Assembly: GCA_039818945.1 (NCBI GenBank)
Contig: JBCBSZ010000001.1
Location: 1-24,000 of the forward strand
Reading direction: 5' to 3'
Source: Actinomycetota bacterium
GTDB taxonomy: Bacteria; Actinomycetota; Acidimicrobiia; Acidimicrobiales; Poriferisodalaceae
Length of the DNA: 24,000 nucleotides
Part shown: positions 1 to 7,110 of the stretch, one piece after another
How the letters are laid out: every line of letters starts with the position of its first letter
How positions within the stretch are numbered: position 1 is the first letter of the stretch
The notes under the pieces: model-generated
Database searches by the model: none
What the model was told of the DNA's origin: nothing
The model's input: only the letters and a program-made list of their open reading frames with translations
Made by a program: the position numbers and the translations under genes

Positions 1-290
1 GTTGGTCGTCCGATGCCGTCTGGGGCGGCGTGTCGATCATCGACCTCTCCCGGGAGATGGGCATCGACGAACCCGACGAGGTCATCGTGCGGTCCCTGCA
101 GGAGGGTCGTCGCTTCACCAGCTCGCGGGTCAATCGCTCGCAGAGCCGCAGCTCGAAGTCACTGCTCGCCCTCGACCTCGGTGACGAGCCGCTGCACATC
201 GACCACGGGTTCCCGGTGCGCCTGATCGCCCCGAACCGGCCCGGCGTCCTCCAGACCAAGTGGATCGACCGAGTGGAGATCACGGCATGA
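1..290 (+). CDS. Molybdopterin-dependent oxidoreductase (sulfite oxidase / YedY-MsrP-like), C-terminal fragment; 5' end outside window
   Basis: Frame 3 is open from base 3 (no stop before the window edge). Translation ...AVWGGVSIIDL...LHIDHGFPVRLIAPNRPGVLQTKWIDRVEI resembles the end of the Oxidored_molyb catalytic domain. GC3 is high. Stop TGA 288-290 overlaps the next ATG (ATGA). Confidence 0.55.
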   Translation, partial: WSSDAVWGGVSIIDLSREMGIDEPDEVIVRSLQEGRRFTSSRVNRSQSRSSKSLLALDLGDEPLHIDHGFPVRLIAPNRPGVLQTKWIDRVEITA

Positions 291-769
291 CCGCCCCCGC
301 CCCCATCGACCGCGACGCTCGCACCGAGCACGAGGACCCGCCGGCGCTGCTGTTCTGGCCGGCCGCGCTGCTCGGCGCAGCGATCGTCGCCTACGGCCTC
401 GTGCGGTGGGCACCGTGGGACAGCCGGTCGATCGATCTCGGCACCTACCTCCGCTGGACGGTCGGACTCGCCGTGGTCCACGACCTCATCTTCGCCCCGA
501 TCGTCGGCCTCATCGGCTACGGCATCGCCCGGGTCGTACCGCGCACGTACCGCGCCACCGTCCAGGGCTCCGCCATCGTCGCCGGCATCACCATCCTGTT
601 CTCGATCCCCTTCGTCCGGGGGTGGGGTCGCAACTCCAACACCTCGGCCCTGCCTCGGAACTACGCCGAGGGGCTCACGATCATCCTCGTGCTCATCGGC
701 GTGGTGACGGTGGCACTGCTGATCCGAGACCACCTGCGGGCCAAGGCGACCGAGAGGACCGATCGATGA
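287..769 (+). CDS. Integral membrane protein, about 4 TM helices, unknown function
   Basis: ORF 260..769. I prefer the ATG at 287 because it forms an ATGA overlap with the upstream stop; the GTG at 260 is also possible. Four hydrophobic stretches: LLFWPAALLGAAIVAYGLV, WTVGLAVVHDLIFAPIVGLIGYGI, AIVAGITILFSIPFV, LTIILVLIGVVTVALLI. Confidence 0.6.
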   Translation: MTAPAPIDRDARTEHEDPPALLFWPAALLGAAIVAYGLVRWAPWDSRSIDLGTYLRWTVGLAVVHDLIFAPIVGLIGYGIARVVPRTYRATVQGSAIVAGITILFSIPFVRGWGRNSNTSALPRNYAEGLTIILVLIGVVTVALLIRDHLRAKATERTDR

Positions 770-1407
770 ACGCCACCGGCACGTTGCTGGTGATGGCCAA
801 GGAACCCGTCGCAGGACGGGTGAAGACCCGCCTCACGAGCACGTTCAGCGGCGCCGAGGCCGCCCGCCTGGCCGAGGCGGCGCTGCACGACACCCTGTGC
901 GTGGTCGCGAAGACCCCGGCCGTGCGACGAGTGCTGGTGCTGGACGGCCGGCCCGGCGACTGGCTGCCGACCGGCATCGAGGTCGTCCCCCAGGTCTCCG
1001 GCGGCCTCGACCTCCGGCTCGCCGCGGCGTTCGCCGCCGCCGACGGACCCACCCTCCTGATCGGCATGGACACGCCGCAGGTCACCTCGACGCTGCTGCG
1101 CGGCGCGCTCGACCTCGTCGAGGGTGGCGCCGACGCCGTGCTCGGCCCGGCGAGCGACGGCGGCTACTGGGCGGTCGGGATGCGCACACCCGACCCGGCG
1201 GCGTTCCCCGGCGTCCCGATGAGCGTCGACGAGACCGGCCGCGAGCAGCTTCGGCGACTCCTGACGCTCGGCCTCGACGTGACGCTGCTCCCCGAGCTGC
1301 GCGACGTCGACCAGCCCCACGACGTCGCACTGGTCGCCGCGGCCGCACCGTTCGGGCGCTTCGCCCGGGTGAGCGCCGAGCTCGACGCCACGGCTCGGGT
1401 CGCATGA
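766..1407 (+). CDS. DUF2064 / TIGR04282-like nucleotide-diphospho-sugar-transferase-fold protein
   Basis: The internal ATG at 766 of ORF 406..1407 overlaps the upstream stop (ATGA). The N-terminus LLVMAKEPVAGRVKTRLTSTFSGAEAARLAEAALHDTL matches my memory of the DUF2064 signature (KxPxxGxVKTRL...A..L...l..Dtl). The 406-765 part of the ORF is Arg/Pro-rich out-of-frame overlap with the membrane protein gene. Confidence 0.7.
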   Translation: MNATGTLLVMAKEPVAGRVKTRLTSTFSGAEAARLAEAALHDTLCVVAKTPAVRRVLVLDGRPGDWLPTGIEVVPQVSGGLDLRLAAAFAAADGPTLLIGMDTPQVTSTLLRGALDLVEGGADAVLGPASDGGYWAVGMRTPDPAAFPGVPMSVDETGREQLRRLLTLGLDVTLLPELRDVDQPHDVALVAAAAPFGRFARVSAELDATARVA

Positions 1408-2108
1408 GCCTGATCGCTTCGACCACCCCCACCCCGCGCGTCGCGGTGGAGACCTGCGTCCCTGCGGCGGTCGCCGCGTGGCTCGACGGCCCCGCTCGAC
1501 ACAGCGGTCCGCTCACCGGGTACCGGCTGTTCGATCCGGTGACCGCCCGGGCCGTGCCGGAGGCCTCACGGGTCGACGACCCGGTCATCCAGATCCACGT
1601 CGCCGACGGCGCTGCCGCCGGGCACGGCGCGCTGCTGCGAGCGCTGCGGCGCCACGGCATCTCCGCTCGCGTCCGACGGCTCAGTGGTCTGGGCGTCGCA
1701 GCCCACCTCGTCGACGACAACGGGCGGCGGAGCTGGGTCGGCCCGGTCCTCGGGCGGCGGGTCGTGCCGGCCGGCGCCGAGGGCACGACCACACCGACCG
1801 TCGGGCTCGTGCTCCGGTTCCCCGACGCCGACGAGCTCGCCCGCGCCTGGCGTCTGCTCGACGAGATCGACGACGAGCTCTACGACCAGCAGGTGCTGGA
1901 CCGATCGGCCCACGTGCACCGATCGGACCGCCCTCCGGCGCACGCCGTGCCGGTCGGCGAGCTCCACGTCCGCGGCGACGACGGCAGCCGGCTGGTCCAC
2001 CTCCACCCGTCCTCCGGGCGGGCGGCGACCGCCTGGGTGCCGTCACGGCCTGGTCGGTTCGACCTCGGCGACTGGATCCACGACCACGGCGACCGGCTCA
2101 CGGCCTGA
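1404..2108 (+). CDS. Hypothetical protein (234 aa), no recognisable motif
   Basis: The ATG at 1404 forms an ATGA overlap with the DUF2064 stop. The frame has strong GC3 bias throughout and a normal (non-Arg/Pro-rich) composition. It is the last gene of a four-gene coupled unit. Confidence 0.55.
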   Translation: MSLIASTTPTPRVAVETCVPAAVAAWLDGPARHSGPLTGYRLFDPVTARAVPEASRVDDPVIQIHVADGAAAGHGALLRALRRHGISARVRRLSGLGVAAHLVDDNGRRSWVGPVLGRRVVPAGAEGTTTPTVGLVLRFPDADELARAWRLLDEIDDELYDQQVLDRSAHVHRSDRPPAHAVPVGELHVRGDDGSRLVHLHPSSGRAATAWVPSRPGRFDLGDWIHDHGDRLTA

Positions 2109-3639
2109 GCGCCACCCCGTCCAGCTCGGCCGGCAGCTCGTCCGTGCGCAACCACGCGTCGAACAGCCCCCGGAGCTCGCGCCCCGACAGCTCCTCGGCC
2201 AGGGACTCGAAGTCCTCCGTCGTCGCGTTCCCGCCGCCGTAGCGCTCGATCCAGGTCCGCAGGAGCTCGAAGAACGCCTCGTCGCCGATCTCGAGTCGCA
2301 GCGCGTGCAGCGTCAGCGCGCCGCGCTGGTAGACCTGCACGTCGAAGAGGTCGCCCTCGGGGTCCTGCACCCGGCGCTGGAGACCCGGGCCGAACGACGC
2401 CGTCTCCGCGATCCAAGCCGCCCAGTCGAAGCGCGGGTCGGAGTGGTCGCGCCACAACGCCTCCGAGTAGGTCGCGAAGCCCTCGTTCAGCCAGATGTCG
2501 CCCCACTCGCGGACGGTCACGTGGTTCCCGAACCACTGGTGGGCGGCCTCGTGGGCGACGATCAGCTCGACGAAGCCGCCGAGGCCGAGCACGTCGGCGC
2601 CGAAGATCGACAGGGTCTGGGTCTCCAACGCTCCCCCGAACCCGTCCTCGACCACGGCGGCGCCGTAGTTGTCGAACGGGTACGGCCCGAAGACCGACTC
2701 GAAGAAGTCGAGGATCTCGCCCTGCCGCGCGAAGCGCGGTGATGCTGCGTCGACGAGGTCGTCGTCGATGACGTTGCGCAGCGGCACCCCGCCGGCCGTC
2801 GTCCCCTCGTCGATGACCGTGAACCCGCCGATGAGCAGGGTAGTCAGGTACGTGGCCTGCGGGTGGGGCTGCTCGAAGACCCACGTGGTCGAGCCGGCCT
2901 CCTCCTCGCTGGAGACCAGCGTGCCCGACGCCCCGACGGTCAGCTCCGAGGGTGCGGTGATCCGGTAGGTGAAGGTCGCCTTGTCACTGGGGTGGTCGTT
3001 GGCCGGGTGGAACGTCGACGCCGACACCGGCTCGCCCGCGACGTAGGCGTACCCGTCGCGGGTGTGCCAACCCGAGGGGATCGGGACGTCGATGCCGGCC
3101 GCCGAGGTGTCCGACGGCCTCCCGGCGTAGGCGACCACGACGGTGAAGGCATCGCCGGACGCGAGCGGCTGCTCCGGCATGACCGCGAGCTCGGTCCCGA
3201 TCTGCTCGAAGTCCGCCGTCGCCCCGTCGACCTGCACCGACGAGACGGTGAGGCCGACCAGATCGAGGTGGAAGCGACCCAGGTCCTCGCTTGCGCTCGC
3301 GGTGATCGTTGCGGAGCCCTCGAGGGTCGCTCCCTCCGGCTCCCAGTCCAGGGCGACGTCGTAGTGCTCGACGTCGTAGCCACCGTTGCCGAAGGTGTCG
3401 ACGTAGGGATCGTCCACCCCGACGGCGCCGACGCCGACCGGCGCAGAGCTCGTGGTCGAGGGCGAGGTCCCGGTGGTGGACGTGGTTCGCGCCTCGGTCG
3501 TCGGCGGTGCGGCGGTCGTCGACGGGGCGGCGCCCTCGTCGTCAGCGGTACCGACCGAGCACGCCGTGACCGCGATGACGACGGCGAGCAGCGCCGACGC
3601 CATCGCTCGACGTCGGATCGGTGCAGCGACGGGATCCAT
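2098..3639 (-). CDS. M1-family zinc aminopeptidase (aminopeptidase N-like), probable lipoprotein
   Basis: Gluzincin signature VAHEAAHQWFGNHVTVREWGDIWLNEGFATY (HExxH-x18-E). GAMEN-position variant GGALET. N-terminus MDPVAAPIRRRAMASALLAVVIAVTAC has a lipobox-like VTAC followed by a Thr/Ser/Pro linker. Start is ATG 3639 (alternative ATG 3603). The ORF-track extension to 4041 runs through the divergent gene and is rejected. Confidence 0.85.
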   Translation of the reverse strand: MDPVAAPIRRRAMASALLAVVIAVTACSVGTADDEGAAPSTTAAPPTTEARTTSTTGTSPSTTSSAPVGVGAVGVDDPYVDTFGNGGYDVEHYDVALDWEPEGATLEGSATITASASEDLGRFHLDLVGLTVSSVQVDGATADFEQIGTELAVMPEQPLASGDAFTVVVAYAGRPSDTSAAGIDVPIPSGWHTRDGYAYVAGEPVSASTFHPANDHPSDKATFTYRITAPSELTVGASGTLVSSEEEAGSTTWVFEQPHPQATYLTTLLIGGFTVIDEGTTAGGVPLRNVIDDDLVDAASPRFARQGEILDFFESVFGPYPFDNYGAAVVEDGFGGALETQTLSIFGADVLGLGGFVELIVAHEAAHQWFGNHVTVREWGDIWLNEGFATYSEALWRDHSDPRFDWAAWIAETASFGPGLQRRVQDPEGDLFDVQVYQRGALTLHALRLEIGDEAFFELLRTWIERYGGGNATTEDFESLAEELSGRELRGLFDAWLRTDELPAELDGVALRP

Positions 3640-3663
3640 GCCCACAGAACGTACGGACTCCGA

Positions 3664-3702
3664 TCTGAGAGTTCCCGAAGAACCATCGAGACCGCTCTCA
3701 GA
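3664..3702. promoter_or_regulatory. 8-bp inverted repeat in the divergent peptidase promoter region
   Basis: TCTGAGAG (3664-3671), 23 nt, then CTCTCAGA (3695-3702), inside the 97-bp lower-GC intergenic region between the starts at 3639 (-) and 3737 (+). Confidence 0.25.
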
Positions 3703-3736
3703 CAGCTCACAGCGACGGTCCGGTTCGGTGGAGGAC

Positions 3737-4912
3737 ATGCTCACACGACGCACCTTCCTCGCCGGGCTCCTCGCGGCGGCGGTCACCGCCGGCGCCTGCT
3801 CCCCCGGCTCCGGCTCGGTGACCGCCGACCCGTCCACACCGGCGCCCAGCTCCACCTCGGCACCGGTCGCGACCGCCGCGGCGACGTCCAGCGTCGACGA
3901 GGACGTCCGCACGATGCTCGGCAACCTCGCCGACCGGTACCGCGCCGCCGAGGGTGCCTGGCCGGGCTTCGACCCGACCGAGCACCCCGCCGTCGTCGCC
4001 TTCCGCGACGGCGAAGAGGTGCAGCGCGTGGTCACGATCAACCACCCGGACCCCGACGCGCTCGGCGAGGCGACGGCGGTCGAGCTCGACGGTCTGCCCT
4101 TCGCCGCTCACCTCGTGACCGACCTGGTCGACCCCGGGTCTCTCGAGGCGATCCCGTCCTTCGACTTCACCTCCCAGCAGGGCGGCGTGAGCTCGTTCGT
4201 CCTGATCGCCGACCCGACCGATGCGTTCTTCGATCCGACGACCGACGAGTACGCCGCCACCTACCTCCACGAGCTCTTCCACCGCCATCAGATCCTCAGC
4301 TGGGTGGAGACCGGGTTCCAGGACATCGAGAACTACCCGCTCACCGCCGACAACCTCGCGCTGGCCACCCTCGAGGAGCGGGCGCTCGCCGCGGCGATGA
4401 CCGCACCGGACGACGACGAGCGAGACCTGGCCGCCCGCCGGTTCGTCGCCCTCCGCCTCCAGCGGCGCTCCGCGGAGTCGGCGGTCGCCGAGCTCGACGA
4501 CGCGCAGGAGGCGGCGGAGGGCACCGCACGGTGGATCGAGCACGCGACCGCAGGACAGGACGACGGAGCCACCTACGACGCCGACAACTTCGACCGCGAC
4601 CTCCAGACCGATCTCGGCGGCGTGCAGGGCGTCAAGGACACCTTCGCCTTCGGCCGCTTCTACGCCTCCGGGGCGGCGGTCGTCGAGTTGCTCGACCGGT
4701 TGGGCGTGGACGACTACCCCGGTCGGATCGCTCGTGGCGAGGCCCCGGCGACCGTGCTCGCCGAGGCGCTCAGCGTCTCCGCCGACGACGTGGACCAGCT
4801 CGTCGCCGACGCCCGGTCCGCCTACGACCCGTCCGCGGAGCTCGCCGACCAGTCGGCGGACGCGGCCGCGATCGCAGCCACCGAGCCGCCGGTCTTCGGC
4901 GAGGACTCCTGA
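3737..4912 (+). CDS. Putative secreted zinc metalloprotease lipoprotein (HExxH motif), family not recognised
   Basis: The ATG at 3737 is preceded by GGAGG 4 nt upstream. N-terminus MLTRRTFLAGLLAAAVTAGAC has a Tat-like RRxFLA and Cys lipobox, then a Ser/Thr/Pro linker. A single HExxH is present (YLHELFHRHQ). GC3 bias is good. Confidence 0.6.
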   Translation: MLTRRTFLAGLLAAAVTAGACSPGSGSVTADPSTPAPSSTSAPVATAAATSSVDEDVRTMLGNLADRYRAAEGAWPGFDPTEHPAVVAFRDGEEVQRVVTINHPDPDALGEATAVELDGLPFAAHLVTDLVDPGSLEAIPSFDFTSQQGGVSSFVLIADPTDAFFDPTTDEYAATYLHELFHRHQILSWVETGFQDIENYPLTADNLALATLEERALAAAMTAPDDDERDLAARRFVALRLQRRSAESAVAELDDAQEAAEGTARWIEHATAGQDDGATYDADNFDRDLQTDLGGVQGVKDTFAFGRFYASGAAVVELLDRLGVDDYPGRIARGEAPATVLAEALSVSADDVDQLVADARSAYDPSAELADQSADAAAIAATEPPVFGEDS

Positions 4913-4957
4913 CGCCGTGCCCCGGAGCGGACGGGTGCCGACTCGTACCATGACGCC

Positions 4958-5626
4958 GTGAACGGTCCACGGGTGCTGGTCGTCGAGGACGACGAGCAGA
5001 TCGCCTCGCTCGTGCAGCGGACCCTCGCCGGGGCCGGCATCGACAGCGACCTCGCGTCGACCGGACCCGACGGGCTGTGGAAGGCGCGGGAGGGCAGCTA
5101 CGGGGCCATCGTGCTCGACCTGATGCTGCCCGGCATGAACGGCTACGAGGTCTGCCGGACGCTGCGATCCGAGGGCGTCGCGACCGCGATCATCATGCTC
5201 ACCGCCAAGAGCGGCGAGTACGACGAGACCGACGGCTTCGAGATGGGCGCCGACGACTACCTGCGCAAGCCGTTCTCCACCGCCGTGTTGGCCCACCGCG
5301 TCCAGGCGCTCCTGCGCCGCACCCCGGGCACGACGGTCACCGAACGCCTGACCCGCGGCCAGCTGTCGTTCGACCTGCAGACCAGAACCTGTGAGCTCGA
5401 CGGGGCCGAGGTGGCGCTGACCGCTCGCGAGGCGACGCTGCTCGAGACCCTGCTCCGCAGCGGCGAGACGCCGCTCTCGCGGGCCGATCTGCTCGACCGG
5501 GTCTGGGGCATGGACTTCGACGGTGACCCGAACGTCGTCGACGTCTACGTCGGCTACCTCCGACGCAAGCTCGGTCGGGAGCGGATCGTGAACCGTCGCG
5601 GCGTGGGGTTCCGGGTGGCGCCGTGA
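4958..5626 (+). CDS. OmpR/PhoB-family response regulator
   Basis: Receiver domain (VLVVEDDE...IVLDLMLPGMNG...LTAK...ADDYLRKPF) plus a C-terminal winged-helix (LTAREATLLETLL...VWG...NVVDVYVGYLRRKL...RGVGFRV). GTG start. Confidence 0.9.
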   Translation: MNGPRVLVVEDDEQIASLVQRTLAGAGIDSDLASTGPDGLWKAREGSYGAIVLDLMLPGMNGYEVCRTLRSEGVATAIIMLTAKSGEYDETDGFEMGADDYLRKPFSTAVLAHRVQALLRRTPGTTVTERLTRGQLSFDLQTRTCELDGAEVALTAREATLLETLLRSGETPLSRADLLDRVWGMDFDGDPNVVDVYVGYLRRKLGRERIVNRRGVGFRVAP

Positions 5627-7008
5627 GGTCGCTGCGGGCCCGCATCACGCTGCTCGCCACCGTGGCGCTCGTGCTCGTGCTCGCGACCGCGGCGATCGTG
5701 ATCGTCGTGCTCGTCGAGCGCCAGCTCAGCAACGACCTCGCCGCCCAGAACGAGGCCACCCTGGCCCAGGTCTCGGCGGCCATCGCCGGCGGCCAGGACC
5801 CGGCGACCATCCGCCTGCCGCTCGGCACCGACGGCACCGAGTTCGTCATCACCAACGACGGCCGCTTCGTGCAGGCGACGCTCGTGGTGGTCACCGAGGA
5901 CGTCCTGGAGCCCGAGCTGACCGCTGACGACGTGATCGTCTTCGATCCCGGCTTCCCGTTCGCCTCGCTCGACGCCACCGATCCGTTCGTCGGCGGCGTC
6001 GTGTTCGTCGAGGACGTCCTCGACCAGCGGTTCTGGGACGTGACCTCGACGACGGCGGTGGCTCCCGACGGCGAGGAGTACCTCGTCGAGGCGTTCACCC
6101 CGACCCGCGTCGTCGATCGCAGCGTCGATCAGGTCCGGGCGGTGCTCTGGATCGTGATCCCGGCCCTGGCGGTCCTGTTCGCCCTCCTCGTCTGGTTCCT
6201 CACGGGGCGGACGTTGCGGCCGGTGGCGCTCATGACCGATCGGGCGAACCGGATCCGGTCCGACACGCTCCACGAGCGACTGGCCGAGCCGGGCACCGAC
6301 GACGAGATCGGCCGGCTGGCCGCGACACTCAACTCGATGCTCGAACGACTCGACCGCGGCGCGCAGCAGCAGCGCCGGTTCGTCTCCGACGCCTCACACG
6401 AGCTCAAGAGCCCGCTCACGGTGATGGTCGGCGAGGCCGAGCTGGCCGCGGGGAGCCGCGACGTCGAGCGGCTGGCGGAGGCCAACGAACGGGTGGTCGA
6501 GCGGGGCAGGAACCTGACCGCCCTGATCGACGACCTGCTCGCCCTCGCCCGATCGGACGAGGCCGCCTTCCGGCGGAGCGAGGTCGACCTCGACGACGTC
6601 GTGCGCCAGCAGGCTCGCCTCCAGCCCCGCGACGTCGACACGAGCGGCGTCGAGCCGGTCCGCCTCGACGCCGACGGGGCCGCCCTCTCACGGCTCGTGC
6701 GCAACCTGCTCGACAACGCCGCCCGCCACGCGAACGAGGCGGTCGCCGTGACGCTGACGGCCGACGCCGACGGTGCCGTGCTGGTCGTCGACGACGATGG
6801 CCCGGGCATCGCCGAGCACGAGCGCGACCGCGTCTTCGAACGCTTCGCACGGGCCGACGAGGCCCGGACCCGCGCGACCGGTGGCACGGGCCTCGGCCTG
6901 GCCATCGTGCAGGCCATCGCCCACGGGCACGGCGGGACGGTCGAGATCAGCACCGCACCGATCGGCGGGGCCCGATTCACCGTCCGTCTGCCCGACCGGA
7001 CCCCCTGA
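5623..7008 (+). CDS. Sensor histidine kinase (2 TM, about 150-aa extracytoplasmic domain, HAMP, HisKA, HATPase_c)
   Basis: GTGA overlap with the response regulator stop. H-box FVSDASHELKSPLT, N-box LVRNLLDNAARHA, G1 DDDGPGI, G2 GGTGLGLAIV. TM helices LLATVALVLVLATAAIVIVVLV and VLWIVIPALAVLFALLVWFL. Confidence 0.9.
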   Translation: MRSLRARITLLATVALVLVLATAAIVIVVLVERQLSNDLAAQNEATLAQVSAAIAGGQDPATIRLPLGTDGTEFVITNDGRFVQATLVVVTEDVLEPELTADDVIVFDPGFPFASLDATDPFVGGVVFVEDVLDQRFWDVTSTTAVAPDGEEYLVEAFTPTRVVDRSVDQVRAVLWIVIPALAVLFALLVWFLTGRTLRPVALMTDRANRIRSDTLHERLAEPGTDDEIGRLAATLNSMLERLDRGAQQQRRFVSDASHELKSPLTVMVGEAELAAGSRDVERLAEANERVVERGRNLTALIDDLLALARSDEAAFRRSEVDLDDVVRQQARLQPRDVDTSGVEPVRLDADGAALSRLVRNLLDNAARHANEAVAVTLTADADGAVLVVDDDGPGIAEHERDRVFERFARADEARTRATGGTGLGLAIVQAIAHGHGGTVEISTAPIGGARFTVRLPDRTP

Positions 7009-7046
7009 TCGATCACCTCCGGTTATCGATCGCACCCCAGAGACCA

Positions 7047-7076
7047 TTGGATCTTCGGCCGCCGGGAACCGACAAT
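7047..7076 (+). promoter_or_regulatory. Candidate promoter of the GRE operon
   Basis: TTGGAT (7047-7052), an 18-nt spacer, then GACAAT (7071-7076), in the conspicuously AT-richer 102-bp gap upstream of the GRE gene. Both hexamers sit inside the ACnATTGGA direct repeats. Confidence 0.25.
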
Positions 7077-7110
7077 TGGAGGAGGAACACGACGCAGCGA
7101 GGTACCGGCC

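Noticed and set aside
406-765. 5' extension of the DUF2064 ORF (start at 406).
   Set aside because: The region is an Arg/Pro/His-rich out-of-frame overlap with the membrane-protein gene. The conserved DUF2064 N-terminus begins at the ATG at 766, which is coupled to the upstream stop.
3640-4041. N-terminal 134-codon extension of the M1 peptidase ORF given by the ORF track.
   Set aside because: The extension runs through the divergent promoter region and into the HExxH lipoprotein gene on the other strand. A proper signal peptide and lipobox begins at the internal Met (3639).
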